Positions 31,042 through 44,302 of a stretch of DNA of 64,000 bases are shown one piece after another. The notes below the pieces were generated by a model. The model searched no databases and was not told the DNA's origin. It saw only the letters and a list, made by a program, of their open reading frames with translations. The position numbers and the translations under genes were made by a program. How positions within the stretch are numbered: position 1 is the stretch's first letter; every line of letters begins with the position of its first letter. The DNA lies in NCBI GenBank assembly GCA_963805975.1, contig CAWDVR010000005.1:576001-640000 (forward strand), written 5' to 3'. The stretch comes from an uncultured Acidobacteriota bacterium. Lineage in GTDB: Bacteria > Acidobacteriota > Thermoanaerobaculia > Multivoradales > SZUA-115.

Positions 31042-31470
31042 CTAGTACGGCATCTGGGTCTCGAAGATCGTGAAGCGGCCGCCCACCCCCGGCTCGGCCG
31101 CGCTGCAGGCGCCGGTCACGGTGCAGCTCTCGGTGTTCCAGTAGAGCGCCGGCCCCGGCCCGGGCAACCCGCGGTCCGCGTTGCAGGTGTAGGTGCAGGT
31201 CGCCGGGCAGCAGATGTAGGCGCCCTCGGCGTTGAAGCCGCAGGCCTGGTCGCTGGAGACGGTCTGTCTCACGCCGGCCATCGGACAGGCCTTGCCCTGG
31301 TCCTTGCCGGCGGCGAGCGGGTCGTAGGCGCCCACGATCATCAGCACGTCCCCGAAGCGGGCGATCTTGCCTTTCGGCACGGCGATCCGGGCCGGCGTGG
31401 CCTGGGCGGCGGTAGCCAGAAGCCCTGCTGCCAGGGCCAGGGAGAGGGCGGAGAGACGGAATCGATGCAT
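31042..31470 (-). CDS. Secreted cysteine-rich protein (8 Cys)
   Basis: GGAGG RBS, signal peptide AAQA, 142 aa; divergent from the ECF-kinase pair. Confidence 0.65.
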   Translation of the reverse strand: MHRFRLSALSLALAAGLLATAAQATPARIAVPKGKIARFGDVLMIVGAYDPLAAGKDQGKACPMAGVRQTVSSDQACGFNAEGAYICCPATCTYTCNADRGLPGPGPALYWNTESCTVTGACSAAEPGVGGRFTIFETQMPY

Positions 31471-31609
31471 GGTTTCTTCCTCCTGCGGTCGGCGCCACGA
31501 CCATCGCGGCTCGACCTTCACTCACTGACCGCGACACCACGGACGTTTTCTGGACATCCGAGAGCGGGTGCTAGAGTCGCTAAGCCTTGAGCGACTTCTG
31601 GAAGAGCCC

Positions 31610-32222
31610 TTGAGCCAGGACGACGGGACCATCGGAGCCGGGAGCGAAGTCCCCGGAAGCGAAGTCCCCGGAAGCGAGATCACGGTCTGGCTCGAGCGCT
31701 GGCGGGGAGGCGATCGCGGGGCGCTCGCCGAGCTCGTCCCCCTGCTCTATCGCGAGCTCCGAGAGGTGGCCCGCCGCACCCTGCGGCGTGAGCGCACCGG
31801 CCATACCCTCGCCACCACGGCCCTGGTGCACGAGGCCTACCTCCGCCTTCTCGACCAGCGAAAGATCGGGGCCCGCAACCGCGTCGAGTTCCTGGCGGTG
31901 GCGGGTCACACCATGCGCCGCCTGCTGGTGGACTACGCCCGGACTCGCAAGCGGGAGAAGCGGGGCGGCGGCCAGTCCGCCTTGCCGCTCGAAGAGGCCG
32001 AGGCTCTCCTTTCCGAGACCCAGGCCGACGACCTCCTGGTTCTCGACCTGGCACTCGACCGCCTGGCGGCGGCGAACCCTCGCGGTGGCCAGGTGATCGA
32101 GCTGCGCTTCTTCGCCGGCCTGGACCTCGAGGAGACGGCTCAGGTTCTCGGTGTATCGCTCAAGACCGTGCAGCGGGACTGGCTGGCCTCGCGCGCCTGG
32201 CTGCGCAAGGAGCTCGAAGGCT

Positions 32223-32233
<11 letters not shown>
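31610..32233 (+). CDS. ECF sigma factor (kinase-associated, TIGR02999-like)
   Basis: LYRELREVA, HTLATTALVHEAYLRL, MRRLLVDYAR...KRGGG, ELRFFAGL, TVQRDW; start uncertain. Confidence 0.9.
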
Positions 32234-34728
<2,495 letters not shown>

Positions 34729-34745
<17 letters not shown>

Positions 34746-35814
34746 CCGGAGCGGCCTTCTTCGCGCCCCGCGGCAGCGTGCCGGCGAGGATCTGGAGGGT
34801 CGTCCCGACGCAGGCGGCGAGCGGCTTCTCGTCGGCGACTCCCCGGCCGGCGATCGCGAAGGCCGTGCCGTGGTCGACCGAGGTGCGCAGGTAGGGGAGC
34901 CCCAGGGTCCAGTTGGTGGCGAGCCCGAAAGCCGCGGTCTTGACCGCGATCAGGCCCTGGTCATGGTAGAGGGCGAGAACCCAATCGAACTCTCCTCCTG
35001 CGGCACGGGCGAAGAGCGAGTCCGGGCTCTCCGGGCCGTGGGCGTCGATGCCCAGCTCGCGCGCCGCGGTCACGGCGGGGAACACCTGCGCCCCGTCTTC
35101 GCTGCCCAGAAGCCCGCCCTCGCCGGCATGCGGGTTCAAGCCCGCGACGGCGATCTTGCCGCCGGCGTGCCGGTCGAGGCAGGCGAGCGCCGCGAGCAGG
35201 CGGGTCGGCTCGACCTGGCGGATGGCCTCGACGAGAGGCACGTGCGTCGAGAGCAGGGCGACCTGGAGGGTCGGCGCGAGAAAGGCCATCAGATAGTCGC
35301 GGCCGTAAAGCTCGAGCCCGGCGGCGGCGGCCAGGTAGTCCGTGTGGCCGGTGAACCCCGGCAGGTGGTGACGGTCGATGACCGACTTCGAGAGAGGCGC
35401 GGTGACCAGGGCGTCGGCCACTCCGGCACGCACCAGTGCCGCGGCGGCATCGAGCGCGGCGAGGGCGCCGGCGGCGTCCGCCGGGCCCGGTGCGCCGGGT
35501 ACGACGGCTCGTGGCTCGGCCACGGGATCGAAATGGGCGACGGCTTGGCGGTCGAGAGCCTCCAGATCCGCGCGCGACGGAGGGGAGCCGAAGGTCGAGA
35601 TCCGCTCCCAGCCCAGGTGAGGAAGGACGGCGGCGAGCGGTTGCAACGCGGCGCGCTCGGCGACCAGGAGCGGCCGGTAGCTCGCGGCCGGCCGGCTGGT
35701 GATGGGCCGGGGCGCGGCGAGCGCCAGCTTGGCGAGGATCTCGGGGCCGATGCCGGCGGGATCGCCCTGGCTGAGAGCGAGGATGGGGAGGCCGGGAGGA
35801 AAGCCGGGGCGCAC
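34729..35814 (-). CDS. pdxA: 4-hydroxythreonine-4-phosphate dehydrogenase
   Basis: GDPAGIGPE, GHTDYL, GLNPHAGE, YHDQG, RTSVDHGTAF. Confidence 0.93.
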
Positions 35815-35825
35815 GGCCGTGCGCC

Positions 35826-36182
35826 CTACGAGTCCTCGCCGCCGTGGACGGCGGCGCGCTCTTCACCGCTCTTGCGGCCCCGCCGCTTCAGCTCTTCTTC
35901 CTTGAACATGTAGCGGATGCTGTGCTTGGTGATCAGCAGGTTCGGCCCGCTGTGACGGTTGAGCTTGATCGAGCCCTTGTCGTACCACTCGATCCAGCCG
36001 CGCAGCTCCTCGTCGTTCGAGAGGATCACCACCATCGGCGTCTTCGCCGCCATCTGCTTGAGGTAATAGAACTCCTCGGCGTTGGTCTGCTCGGGTGGAG
36101 TCTGCTTGCGGCGGACGGCGCGCGAGGAGGCGTCCTTCTTGAAGTCGTTGGCGTCGGGGCGGATCAATTTGCGGTTGCTCAT
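35826..36182 (-). CDS. Hfq/Sm-like RNA chaperone paralogue
   Basis: YLKQMAAKTPMVVILSNDEELRGWIEWYD (Sm1) and LLITKHSI (Sm2-like). Confidence 0.7.
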   Translation of the reverse strand: MSNRKLIRPDANDFKKDASSRAVRRKQTPPEQTNAEEFYYLKQMAAKTPMVVILSNDEELRGWIEWYDKGSIKLNRHSGPNLLITKHSIRYMFKEEELKRRGRKSGEERAAVHGGEDS

Positions 36183-36187
36183 GCCGT

Positions 36188-36955
36188 TCATACGCTCGAG
36201 GAAGCAGAAGATGTGGGCTCTGCGGACGCGGAGTCCGGGGCGCCGGCAGCCGGGCGCTTGCGGTTCTTTTCGTAGTTGTGGTCCTCGTACGCCAGGCAGC
36301 ACAGCAGGCGGCCGCACTGGCCCGAGATCTTCGAAGGGTTGAGAGAGAGGTTCTGGCGCTTGGCCATCGAGATCGAGATCGGCTGGAACTCTTTCAACCA
36401 GGTCGAGCAGCAGAGCGTGCGCCCACAGACACCGACGCCACCCAGCAGGCCCGCCTCGTCGCGCGCTCCTACCTGCACCATCTTCACCCGCAGCGAGAAG
36501 CGGCCGGCAAGATCGCGCACCAGTTGGCGGAAGTCGACCCGCCCCTCGGCGGTGAAGAAGAACGTGCCGTGACGGCTGTCGAGGCTCAAGTCGACCCGCG
36601 ACACCTTGATCTCCAGGTTCAGGCTTCGCGCCCGCTCCTGGCAGAAACGCTTGGCCGTGAGCTCACCCGTGACCTGGCGGTCGTGAGCGGCGGTATCGGC
36701 CTCGTCGGCGAGGCGCAGGATCGGCCGTGCGCTCGATTTCTGGCACGGCTTGAACACCGGCATCGGCGACTTTTCGACCTGCCCGAAGCTGGGCCCGCCT
36801 TCGAGGTCGACGATCACCGGCTCCCCCTTGGCGTAGATCACACCGCGGGTGGAGCAGAGGGTCAGGTTGGTCTCTTCGCGGAAACGAACGCCGACATAGC
36901 TGTCTTCGACAGCAGTCGACATCCCTTTATATGCGCAACCGGAGCATCCGGACAT
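36188..36955 (-). CDS. ricT: RicT/YaaT/PSP1 family protein
   Basis: RVDFRQLVRDLA, GVCGRTLCCSTW, KISGQCGRLLCCLAYE. Confidence 0.9.
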   Translation of the reverse strand: MSGCSGCAYKGMSTAVEDSYVGVRFREETNLTLCSTRGVIYAKGEPVIVDLEGGPSFGQVEKSPMPVFKPCQKSSARPILRLADEADTAAHDRQVTGELTAKRFCQERARSLNLEIKVSRVDLSLDSRHGTFFFTAEGRVDFRQLVRDLAGRFSLRVKMVQVGARDEAGLLGGVGVCGRTLCCSTWLKEFQPISISMAKRQNLSLNPSKISGQCGRLLCCLAYEDHNYEKNRKRPAAGAPDSASAEPTSSASSSV

Positions 36956-37142
36956 TTGGGCCTCACCGCTTCATGCATGACGGGTACCAGGGTTGAATGG
37001 CACGGCAGCCCGCGCTCTCCCGAGCGCGCCGGAAGCAGAGCCGAAAGGGAATCCGATGGCGCCGTGAAGCGCGGCCATTATGGCAGCCGCTTCACTTCGA
37101 AGTCAAAGTATCCTGTTCAGCGGTGGAGGTTTACCTTCACTT

Positions 37143-38441
37143 CTAAGCCGTCGTCGAGCGACGGCCCGGGCTGGCCTCGAGCACTCGGCGACCGATGTCG
37201 GAGCGCAGCACCTTGCTCGGCCAGTGAATCTCGGCCGCCGCGCGGTAGGCCCGGCGGAGGGCCTCGACCAGCCGGTGCCCGGTGGCGCAGACGTTGAGCA
37301 CCCGGCCGCCGGCGGTCAGGAACTGTCCGTCGCGCTCTGCCGTGGCGGCATGGAAGATCTCGACGCCCGGGTGTGCGGAGGCGGCCTCGATGCCTTCGAT
37401 CGGCTCGCCCTTGGCCGGTTTGGCGGGATAGCCGGCCGAGGCGAGCACCAGGCAGGCCGCCGCCTCCCGGCGGAAGCGCAGCCGCGCCGAGCCGAAGTTG
37501 CCCTGCGCCCCGGCGGCCAGGGTGGGCAGCAGGTCACCTTCGACGCGCAGCATCAGGGCCTGGGCCTCCGGGTCGCCGAAGCGGGCGTTGAACTCGAGCA
37601 CCTTGGGGCCGTCGGCGGTGAGCATCAGACCGGCGTAGAGCACGCCGGTGAAGCGCCGGTTCTCTGCCGCCATGCCGGCGAGCGTCGGCCGCAGGATCTT
37701 CTCCATCACCAGGGAGCCGTCGGCTCGCGACAGCACTCCCGAGGGACTGTGGGAGCCCATGCCACCGGTGTTGGGCCCGGCGTCGCCCTCGCCCAGCCGC
37801 TTGTAGTCTTTCGAGGTGGCGCAGGGGAGCAGGCGCTCGCCGTCCGAGAGCGCCATGAAGGAGACTTCCTCGCCTTCGAGGCAGCGTTCGACGACCACGC
37901 GGTCCGCCGCTGCGCCAAAGCGGCGCTCGTCGAAGAAGGCGAGGATCGCCTCTTCCAGCTCGCCCGGATCGCGGATCACCATGACGCCCTTGCCGGAGGC
38001 CAGGCCGTCGGCCTTGAAGACCACCGGCAGGCCGATCTCGCGCGCCGCGCGCCGGGCTTCCTCGCCGTCGTGGGCGAGGACGAAATCGGCGGTCGGGATG
38101 CCGTGGCGCTGCATGAACTGCTTGGCGAAGGCCTTGCTGCCCTCGAGCTCGGCGGCGGCGCGGGAGGGTCCGAAGACGGCCAGGCCCCGGCTCCGGAGCT
38201 CGTCGGCCAGGCCCAGCGTCAGAGGAAGCTCCGGGCCCACCACCGTGAGGTCGATCTTCAGCCCGGAAGCGAAGTCAGCCAGGCGGTGGACCTCTTCCGC
38301 GGCCATCGGCACGAGGTCGGCGATCTCGCCGATGCCGGGGTTTCCCGGAGCGCAGTAAAGCTCTTTCAAATCATGGCTTTGGCGTAACTTCCAGCAGAGG
38401 GCGTGCTCGCGCCCGCCGCCGCCGACCACCAGTACCTTCAT
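37143..38441 (-). CDS. purD: Phosphoribosylamine-glycine ligase
   Basis: [44 protein letters not shown]. Confidence 0.95.
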   Translation of the reverse strand: MKVLVVGGGGREHALCWKLRQSHDLKELYCAPGNPGIGEIADLVPMAAEEVHRLADFASGLKIDLTVVGPELPLTLGLADELRSRGLAVFGPSRAAAELEGSKAFAKQFMQRHGIPTADFVLAHDGEEARRAAREIGLPVVFKADGLASGKGVMVIRDPGELEEAILAFFDERRFGAAADRVVVERCLEGEEVSFMALSDGERLLPCATSKDYKRLGEGDAGPNTGGMGSHSPSGVLSRADGSLVMEKILRPTLAGMAAENRRFTGVLYAGLMLTADGPKVLEFNARFGDPEAQALMLRVEGDLLPTLAAGAQGNFGSARLRFRREAAACLVLASAGYPAKPAKGEPIEGIEAASAHPGVEIFHAATAERDGQFLTAGGRVLNVCATGHRLVEALRRAYRAAAEIHWPSKVLRSDIGRRVLEASPGRRSTTA

Positions 38442-39439
38442 CCGTCCCTCCGCTCGGTCGTGCCCAGCGCTGTGGCTGCCATCACGTCGAGGATATCGTC
38501 TACCGAGCAGCCGCGCGAGAGGTCGTGGATGGGCGCCGCGAGCCCCTGGAGCAGGGGCCCCACGGCCCGCGCCCCGGCCAGCCGCTCGGTCAGCTTGTAG
38601 GCGATGTTGCCGGCGTCGAGATCGGGAAAGACCAGCACGTTGGCCCGCCCCGCCACGCCCCTGCCGTCCCCGGCCGGCACTTTCCGCGCCGCGACCTCCG
38701 GCACCAGGGCGGCATCGGCCTGGAGCTCGCCGTCGACGGCGAAGCTCACCCCGCGGCGGGAGAGGACGGCCAAGGCCTGACGGACCTTCTCGACCCTCGG
38801 ATGGCTGGCGCTGCCGTGGGTCGAGAAGGAGAGGAGCGCTACCCGCGGCTCCTCCCCCAGGAGGGTGCGGCAGCTCTCGGCCGCCGCCTCGGCGATGTCG
38901 GCCAGGGCCTCGGGGTCCGGATCGGGGACCACGGCGCAGTCGCTGTAGACGAGCGGCTCGCGGTCCGGGAAGGCCATCAGGAAGCACGACGACACCCAGC
39001 GCAGGCCGGGTTTCGGCCCCACCGCGCGCAGGGCGGCCTTGAGGGTCGTGGCGGTGGTGGCCACGGCCCCCATGACGGCGCCGTCGGCGCGGCCGGCCGC
39101 CACCAGGAGCGCGGCAAAGTGGAGCGGATCGGCCGCCAGCTCGGCGGCGCGGCCGGCCGGGCCCTGTGCCTTGAGGCGCCGGGCGAGGAGCTCCGCGAGC
39201 CGCGGGCGGTCCGGGTCCGTGGCGGGGTCCAGCACCTCGCAGCCGACCGGGCCGCCAGCCGCGAACTCCACGCGCTCCCGGTCGCCCACCAGGATTGGCG
39301 TGCAGAGGCCGCGCTCGAGCGCCCGGAGGGCGGCCGTCGCGACCCGCGGGTCCTCTCCCTCGGCGAGGACGATCCTGGCGCGCCGCACCCGGGCGCGCAC
39401 GTGGAGGCGGTCGAGGACCGCGAAGCCCGAGGGGGACAT
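38438..39439 (-). CDS. pta: Phosphate acetyltransferase
   Basis: [43 protein letters not shown]. Confidence 0.92.
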   Translation of the reverse strand: MSPSGFAVLDRLHVRARVRRARIVLAEGEDPRVATAALRALERGLCTPILVGDRERVEFAAGGPVGCEVLDPATDPDRPRLAELLARRLKAQGPAGRAAELAADPLHFAALLVAAGRADGAVMGAVATTATTLKAALRAVGPKPGLRWVSSCFLMAFPDREPLVYSDCAVVPDPDPEALADIAEAAAESCRTLLGEEPRVALLSFSTHGSASHPRVEKVRQALAVLSRRGVSFAVDGELQADAALVPEVAARKVPAGDGRGVAGRANVLVFPDLDAGNIAYKLTERLAGARAVGPLLQGLAAPIHDLSRGCSVDDILDVMAATALGTTERRDG

Positions 39440-39582
39440 GGCCGGCGATGGTAGTGGCGCGCGCAGGCCAAGGCAACGGGACTGTCCCCCGGAAGCCTCC
39501 TCCCCGCATCAAGAAGGTACAGGCAACCCGCCTTGGTATATGCATATTGCAATCAACGGCAGCAATGACTGAAGGAGGCCCC

Positions 39583-40365
39583 ATGTCACGGACCCGATGC
39601 GCCTTGCTCGCAGCTCTCCTGGTCGCTCTCCCGGCTCTGCCGGCAACGGCCCAGGGCACCTTGCCGGTGCAGGAGGTGGTCAACCAGACCTTCTCGGCCA
39701 CCAGCAACGTCCTCACCGTGGCCTGCCCGGCCAACACCAAAGTGATCGGCGGCGGCTGCAACGATTTCTACACCTCGACCCTGCTCCGCACCTCGGCGCC
39801 CAACGGCGAGGGTTGGCTCTGCGTGTGGGAGGACTACGCCGGCCTGGGCTTCGCCGCCCACGCCTTCTGCCTGGCCGGCAACGCCAACGTGGGCCTGCAG
39901 GCGGTGACCACCACCACCTTCGCCGCGACCAGCAACGGGCAGGTGGCCACCTGCCCGGCCGGCAAGCGGATCATCGGCGGCGGGTGCAACGACCTCTTCA
40001 CCTCGACCGAGCTGCGCACCACCGTGCCGGCCAGCAACACCCAGTGGTACTGCGAGTGGGAGGATGCCCAAGTCGGAGGCATCCCCCTGGGCTTCAGCAC
40101 CACGGCCTTCTGCATGGACAGCTCGATCAACGTCGGCCTGCAGACGGTCAGCACCACCACCTTCGCCGCCACCAGCAACGTGCAGACGGCCACCTGTCCT
40201 GCGGGCAAGAACCTGATCGGGGGCGGCTGCTACGACTTCTTCAACTCCACCCGGTTGCGCACCGCGGCCCCTTACGGCAGCGAGACCTGGCTCTGCGTGT
40301 GGGAGGACTACCAGTCGGGCGGCGTCGGGCTGGGGTTCGGCACCTACGCACTCTGCAGCAACTAA
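39583..40365 (+). CDS. Secreted protein with three Cys-rich repeats of about 78 aa
   Basis: Signal peptide; 3x TF(S/A)ATSN..CPA..(V/I/L)IGGGC.DF..ST.LRT..P...W.C.WED...GF...A.C. Confidence 0.8.
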   Translation: MSRTRCALLAALLVALPALPATAQGTLPVQEVVNQTFSATSNVLTVACPANTKVIGGGCNDFYTSTLLRTSAPNGEGWLCVWEDYAGLGFAAHAFCLAGNANVGLQAVTTTTFAATSNGQVATCPAGKRIIGGGCNDLFTSTELRTTVPASNTQWYCEWEDAQVGGIPLGFSTTAFCMDSSINVGLQTVSTTTFAATSNVQTATCPAGKNLIGGGCYDFFNSTRLRTAAPYGSETWLCVWEDYQSGGVGLGFGTYALCSN

Positions 40366-40412
40366 GGGGGCAGCAACTAAGGGGGGCAGCAACTAAGGGG
40401 GCAGCAACTAGG
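40355..40412 (+). repeat. Short tandem repeat GCAGCAACTAAGGGG(G), about 3.7 copies
   Basis: Directly visible; the unit includes the stop codon of the upstream gene. Confidence 0.85.
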
Positions 40413-40444
40413 CTGCGAGCCAACCGGGCTGAGCCGGCCGGCGC

Positions 40445-41260
40445 TCAGCCCTTGAGCACCAGGCTGCCGGTGGGCTGGGGCACGCCGCCTGCCGGCTCGA
40501 CGGTCACCGCCCAGGCCTGGATGGACTCGGGCGGTGCGATGCCGCCCACGTCCAGCCTGCCGGAGCCTCGCGGGTCGACGGCGAAGGTACCGGCCGAGAC
40601 CGGTTTGCCGTCCGCGATGAACCAGAGCTGGTAGGTCTTCTCGTCCGGCAGGGCAGGCAGGTCGTAGGCGAGGAACAGGGCCCGCCGGCGCTCCGGATCG
40701 ACGTAGGTACGGCCGTGCGCGGCGGCGCCCTCGGCGAGGCCGGCCAACGCCACGGTGTGGCCGTGGGGCGCGGAGACGATCTCGAGCGCCGCGGTGGCAT
40801 AGGCGGTCTCGGAGCGCACCCGCTGGACCTCGGCACGCAGGTTCCCGAGCTGGGCCTCGAGCCGTGCGCGTTCGGCCTGCAGCCCCTCGACCTCGCGCCG
40901 GAGGGCCTGCCAGGAGGAGAGGCCCCCGGCCGCGAGCACCAGCGCCGCCGCCGCGGCCAGGGCGGCGAGCCAGCGGCCACGCCCCGGCCGGGGCTCTGCG
41001 GCCCCGCTGGTGGCGGGCGTGATCGCCGCCGGCTGCCGGATCGCCTCCAGGATCGCCGAACGCACGGCGGCCGAGGGCTCGACGGGCGGCGCCTCGGCGG
41101 CCAGCCGCTCGAGGTCCCTCCCGAGGAGGCCGAGCTCCCGCTGGCAGGTGATGCAGCCCGCCTGGAGATGAGCGGAGAGCTCCGCCAGCTCCTCGCCCTC
41201 GAGCGCACCGAGAGCGTAGGCGGGTAGCAGCTCCAGGAGCCTGTGGTGCTCGTCGCTCAT
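40445..41260 (-). CDS. Anti-sigma factor (RskA-like, with zinc finger)
   Basis: LLPAYALGAL..E...HLQAGCITC, TM segment, YQLWFI, AVTVEPAGGVPQPT. Confidence 0.9.
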   Translation of the reverse strand: MSDEHHRLLELLPAYALGALEGEELAELSAHLQAGCITCQRELGLLGRDLERLAAEAPPVEPSAAVRSAILEAIRQPAAITPATSGAAEPRPGRGRWLAALAAAAALVLAAGGLSSWQALRREVEGLQAERARLEAQLGNLRAEVQRVRSETAYATAALEIVSAPHGHTVALAGLAEGAAAHGRTYVDPERRRALFLAYDLPALPDEKTYQLWFIADGKPVSAGTFAVDPRGSGRLDVGGIAPPESIQAWAVTVEPAGGVPQPTGSLVLKG

Positions 41261-41829
41261 CACGCTCTGCCGCTTGCCTGTAGGGCCTCGCGCAGCTTTC
41301 GCATGCCGAGCAAGACCCGGGATTTCACCGTTCCCAGCGGCGCCGCCTGCCGGTCGGCGATCTGACGCTGGTTGAGGCCCTCGAAGAAGGCCATCTCGAT
41401 CGCCGTGCGCTGCTCGGGGGGCAGCAAGTCGAGCGCCGAGCGCAGCCGGTCTCCGTCCTCCACCGCCTCCAGGCGCCGGGTCCCCACCGGCGGCTCGATC
41501 GAGACCAGGCCGGAGGAGTCGAACGACGTCTGCTCCCGGCGGCGCCGGGCATCCTGCGAGCGCAGCCGGTCCAGGGCCCGCGAGCGCGCCAGCATCAGCA
41601 GCCACCCGCGGGGCGTGGCGAGGGTCGGCCGGAAGCGGTCGGCCTCGCGCCAGACCTGGAGAAAGACCTCTTGCAGGACCTCCTCGGCCACGCCGCGAGA
41701 TCCCGCCATGCGGGTGAGGAAACCGAGCACGACGGGGGCGTGACGGCGGAACAGCTCGGCGAAAGCCTCCTCATCGCGTGCTGCCACGCGGCCGAGCAGG
41801 AAGGTGTCGTCGAGAGGTTCGGGAGGCAT
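41260..41829 (-). CDS. ECF sigma factor (SigK-like)
   Basis: AEEVLQEVFLQVW, WLLMLARSRALD, AFFEGL, PLGTVKSR. Confidence 0.92.
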   Translation of the reverse strand: MPPEPLDDTFLLGRVAARDEEAFAELFRRHAPVVLGFLTRMAGSRGVAEEVLQEVFLQVWREADRFRPTLATPRGWLLMLARSRALDRLRSQDARRRREQTSFDSSGLVSIEPPVGTRRLEAVEDGDRLRSALDLLPPEQRTAIEMAFFEGLNQRQIADRQAAPLGTVKSRVLLGMRKLREALQASGRA

Positions 41830-41856
41830 CGCTGAAAGTCTTGGCCGGACATGAGC

Positions 41857-42666
41857 TTACGGCTCCGGCACCGCAAAGGTCAACGAGGTCCAGAGGCTCT
41901 CCCAGTCAGCGCCGGAGCCGGCCGGAGCCTCGAACATGTGCGTGGTGACGATGGCCCAGGGTCCGCTCCGCGGCAGCCGCAGCCGGACGCGGCCGTCGGC
42001 GTCGCTCACCGCGGAGAGGTCCGGGACGGAGCCGTCGAGCGGGAAGGCGTCGACCTGCAGGCCGGCGAGCGGCTGGCCCCGGTAGAGCACTCTCACCTCC
42101 AGGGGCTCACCGGCAGGGAGGCGAAAGGGATCGACCTCCGCCACCAGCTCGAGGTCGAGGCCCAGCGGCCGGTCCGCGCTCCGGCGGCCGGCACCGACGT
42201 CGATCAACGCCTTGAGGCTCCGCGAGTAGCGCTCGCGCCCCGGCTCCGCGCTCTGCCCGCGTCGCCGGCGCAGCGCCTGGACCTCGGCGAGGCCCTCTTC
42301 CTCGAGATAGGCCTCGAAGCGGTCACCGGGAAGCTCGGACTTGGCGTAGTTGGTGCGGTAGGCGATGGCCAGGAGGCCCTCCTCCGCGGGTCGGAGCAGG
42401 CCGGCAGGGTCGGCACCGTCGAGGCCCAGGATCGGCTCCTCTCCTCGGGCGGTGAAGGCGCTGAAGCGCACGATGCGCGCCGGGTTGCGAGGCACCGGAT
42501 CGACGCCCTTCCGGGGATGGCCCACCCGCAGGCAGACCTGCACCAGTTGCTCCGCCCGCGGTGTGAAGCTCGAGGGCTCGATCCACATGTCGTGGCCCCA
42601 AGCAGGCAGGGCGAGCATGGTGACGAAAGCGCCGAGAACGGCGGCGGTGAGCTTGCGGTCGAGCAT
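41857..42666 (-). CDS. DUF4198 family periplasmic protein
   Basis: Signal peptide AWG-HDMWIEP, FEAYLEEEGL, ERYSRSLKAL, WESLWTSLTF. Confidence 0.8.
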   Translation of the reverse strand: MLDRKLTAAVLGAFVTMLALPAWGHDMWIEPSSFTPRAEQLVQVCLRVGHPRKGVDPVPRNPARIVRFSAFTARGEEPILGLDGADPAGLLRPAEEGLLAIAYRTNYAKSELPGDRFEAYLEEEGLAEVQALRRRRGQSAEPGRERYSRSLKALIDVGAGRRSADRPLGLDLELVAEVDPFRLPAGEPLEVRVLYRGQPLAGLQVDAFPLDGSVPDLSAVSDADGRVRLRLPRSGPWAIVTTHMFEAPAGSGADWESLWTSLTFAVPEP

Positions 42667-42718
42667 GGCGGGCACTCTCCCGGCCTGCGATCGAGAGGTT
42701 GAAGGTCTGTAGGACGAA

Positions 42719-42750
42719 CCGGGCGCGGGAGTTGGGTTCCGCGCCCGGCT
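42719..42750. terminator. GC-rich hairpin between DUF4331 and DUF4198 genes
   Basis: CCGGGCGCGG...CCGCGCCCGG. Confidence 0.5.
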
Positions 42751-42763
42751 CTTGGCAGAGAGC

Positions 42764-44236
42764 TTACGGCGAGCCGGGCAGCGGCGTCGTCAGGTAGGGG
42801 AAGGTGGCGTCGAACTGGCTCGGGTCCTGGAGCGTGCCGTCGGTGAACGGCAGGTTGCCCGAGGGCGCATCGGCCGGATCGCAGAACACGCCGGGGAAGG
42901 CATGGCAGAGCAGGCCCATCGCCACCCGCAGCTCGACGTCCACCACGTCGTCTCCGGGCCGGCGGCCGTTCGGGAAGCCGGCGTTGTCGCCGCCGATGAC
43001 GCCCAGGTTGTTCTGCTGCGCCTTCGGGGTCGCCGGGATCGAGGTGTTGAGGCGCTGCATCTCACCGAAGCCGAACTCGTTGAGGCCGCTGATGCCGGTG
43101 ACGAAGGCGGCCAGGAGGTCGGTGCGGGGGAAGTTGTTCGGCGCCCGCACGCCGGCGCCGCCGAAGAGGATCTCGAGCAGCTCGGGCAGCGTCGGGTTGG
43201 TGACGTAGGTGGCGAACTGGACGTCATTTTCCGGGTGGCTGGCGTTGAAGCGGTCCTTGTCCTTGAGGCCGATCACCACCTCGTTGACCAGCGGCATCCC
43301 CAGGCGGGAGACCTGCACGAAGTCGCCCGAGTCATTGGTCGGGTCGCGGAAAGTGGGGTCGTCGCGCAGGGCGCGGTTCCTCATCAGGGAGGCGGTGGTC
43401 CAGGCGCCGAAGACCGGGTTGTTGCCGCGGGTCAGGCAGTTGGCCGGCACCTCGATGGCGAAGGTGGTGATGTTCTTGTCCTCGAGGTCCGAGGGCACGG
43501 CGTCGCGCGGCCCCAGCGGGTTGGCGATGTTGACCAGGTCGAAGACCTGCCCGAGGTTGACGGCGAACGGCTCCTTGCGCTGGCCGACAAAGACCCGGCC
43601 GGTGGCGATGCCGCAGCCGGGGATGTTGATGTCCTGGATGAAGCCGTTGGCGTAGGCGGCGTAGTTCGGGATCGACTTCTGGCCGATGTTGTCGACCGGC
43701 TTGCCGAAACGGGTCGAGCCGGTCTCCGCGTTGGCCACTTCGGTGACGGTGCGGGCCGGATTGTCGACGCCGCCGCGGATCAGTTGCAGCGTGTAGGACT
43801 CGACCACGTTGAGCGCGCCCGTGCCGAAGGCGCCGCCCAGCGGGCCGGCGTTGATGAGCGGGATGGAGACCGTCTGGTTGCCGACCGGGATGGCGATGTC
43901 GCGGAGAGCGATGGCGATGCGAAACTGGAAGGTGATGTCGTCGCGGCCGTCGCCCGAGTTGTCGACGTGGATGCGGTAGAGGGCGTCACGGTCGAGCGTG
44001 AAGTAGTTGGGGCCGCCGTAGGCGTCCTGGAGCGGCACGTAGTTGGCGATCAAGGTCACGTAGCCCTCGCGGCCGGGCTCGTAGCTCATGAAGGCGTAGA
44101 AGTCGGTGCCGTCGGTCTTCGGGTGCTCGGTGATGAAGGGCGCCTCGCGATGGCTGGACGCGACGGCCGATCCGGCCAGCGCCAGCGTTGCGAGCGCGGC
44201 AGCCATGCCGAGCCAGGTGGGTTTCGAGAGCTTCAT
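42764..44236 (-). CDS. DUF4331 family secreted protein
   Basis: ASSHREAP, TDFYAF, QVSRLGMPLVNEV, GFPNGRRPGDDVVD. Confidence 0.9.
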   Translation of the reverse strand: MKLSKPTWLGMAAALATLALAGSAVASSHREAPFITEHPKTDGTDFYAFMSYEPGREGYVTLIANYVPLQDAYGGPNYFTLDRDALYRIHVDNSGDGRDDITFQFRIAIALRDIAIPVGNQTVSIPLINAGPLGGAFGTGALNVVESYTLQLIRGGVDNPARTVTEVANAETGSTRFGKPVDNIGQKSIPNYAAYANGFIQDINIPGCGIATGRVFVGQRKEPFAVNLGQVFDLVNIANPLGPRDAVPSDLEDKNITTFAIEVPANCLTRGNNPVFGAWTTASLMRNRALRDDPTFRDPTNDSGDFVQVSRLGMPLVNEVVIGLKDKDRFNASHPENDVQFATYVTNPTLPELLEILFGGAGVRAPNNFPRTDLLAAFVTGISGLNEFGFGEMQRLNTSIPATPKAQQNNLGVIGGDNAGFPNGRRPGDDVVDVELRVAMGLLCHAFPGVFCDPADAPSGNLPFTDGTLQDPSQFDATFPYLTTPLPGSP

Positions 44237-44302
44237 TGCGGATTCTCCTCCATGAGGTTTCGTTGCCGGGTGCGTGACTCGAGATCAGCGTTCAGCTCGG
44301 GA

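Noticed and set aside
29469-31470. Selenoprotein genes near selC
   Set aside because: No in-frame TGA at a conserved Cys position was seen in neighbouring ORFs.
31641-31680. GSEVP x2-3 repeat at the ECF N-terminus (likewise SKPGF repeat in the sodC leader)
   Set aside because: Short local duplications in disordered termini with no evident function.
40355-40412. Possible CRISPR array
   Set aside because: 15-16-bp units with no spacers and no cas genes; a simple tandem repeat.
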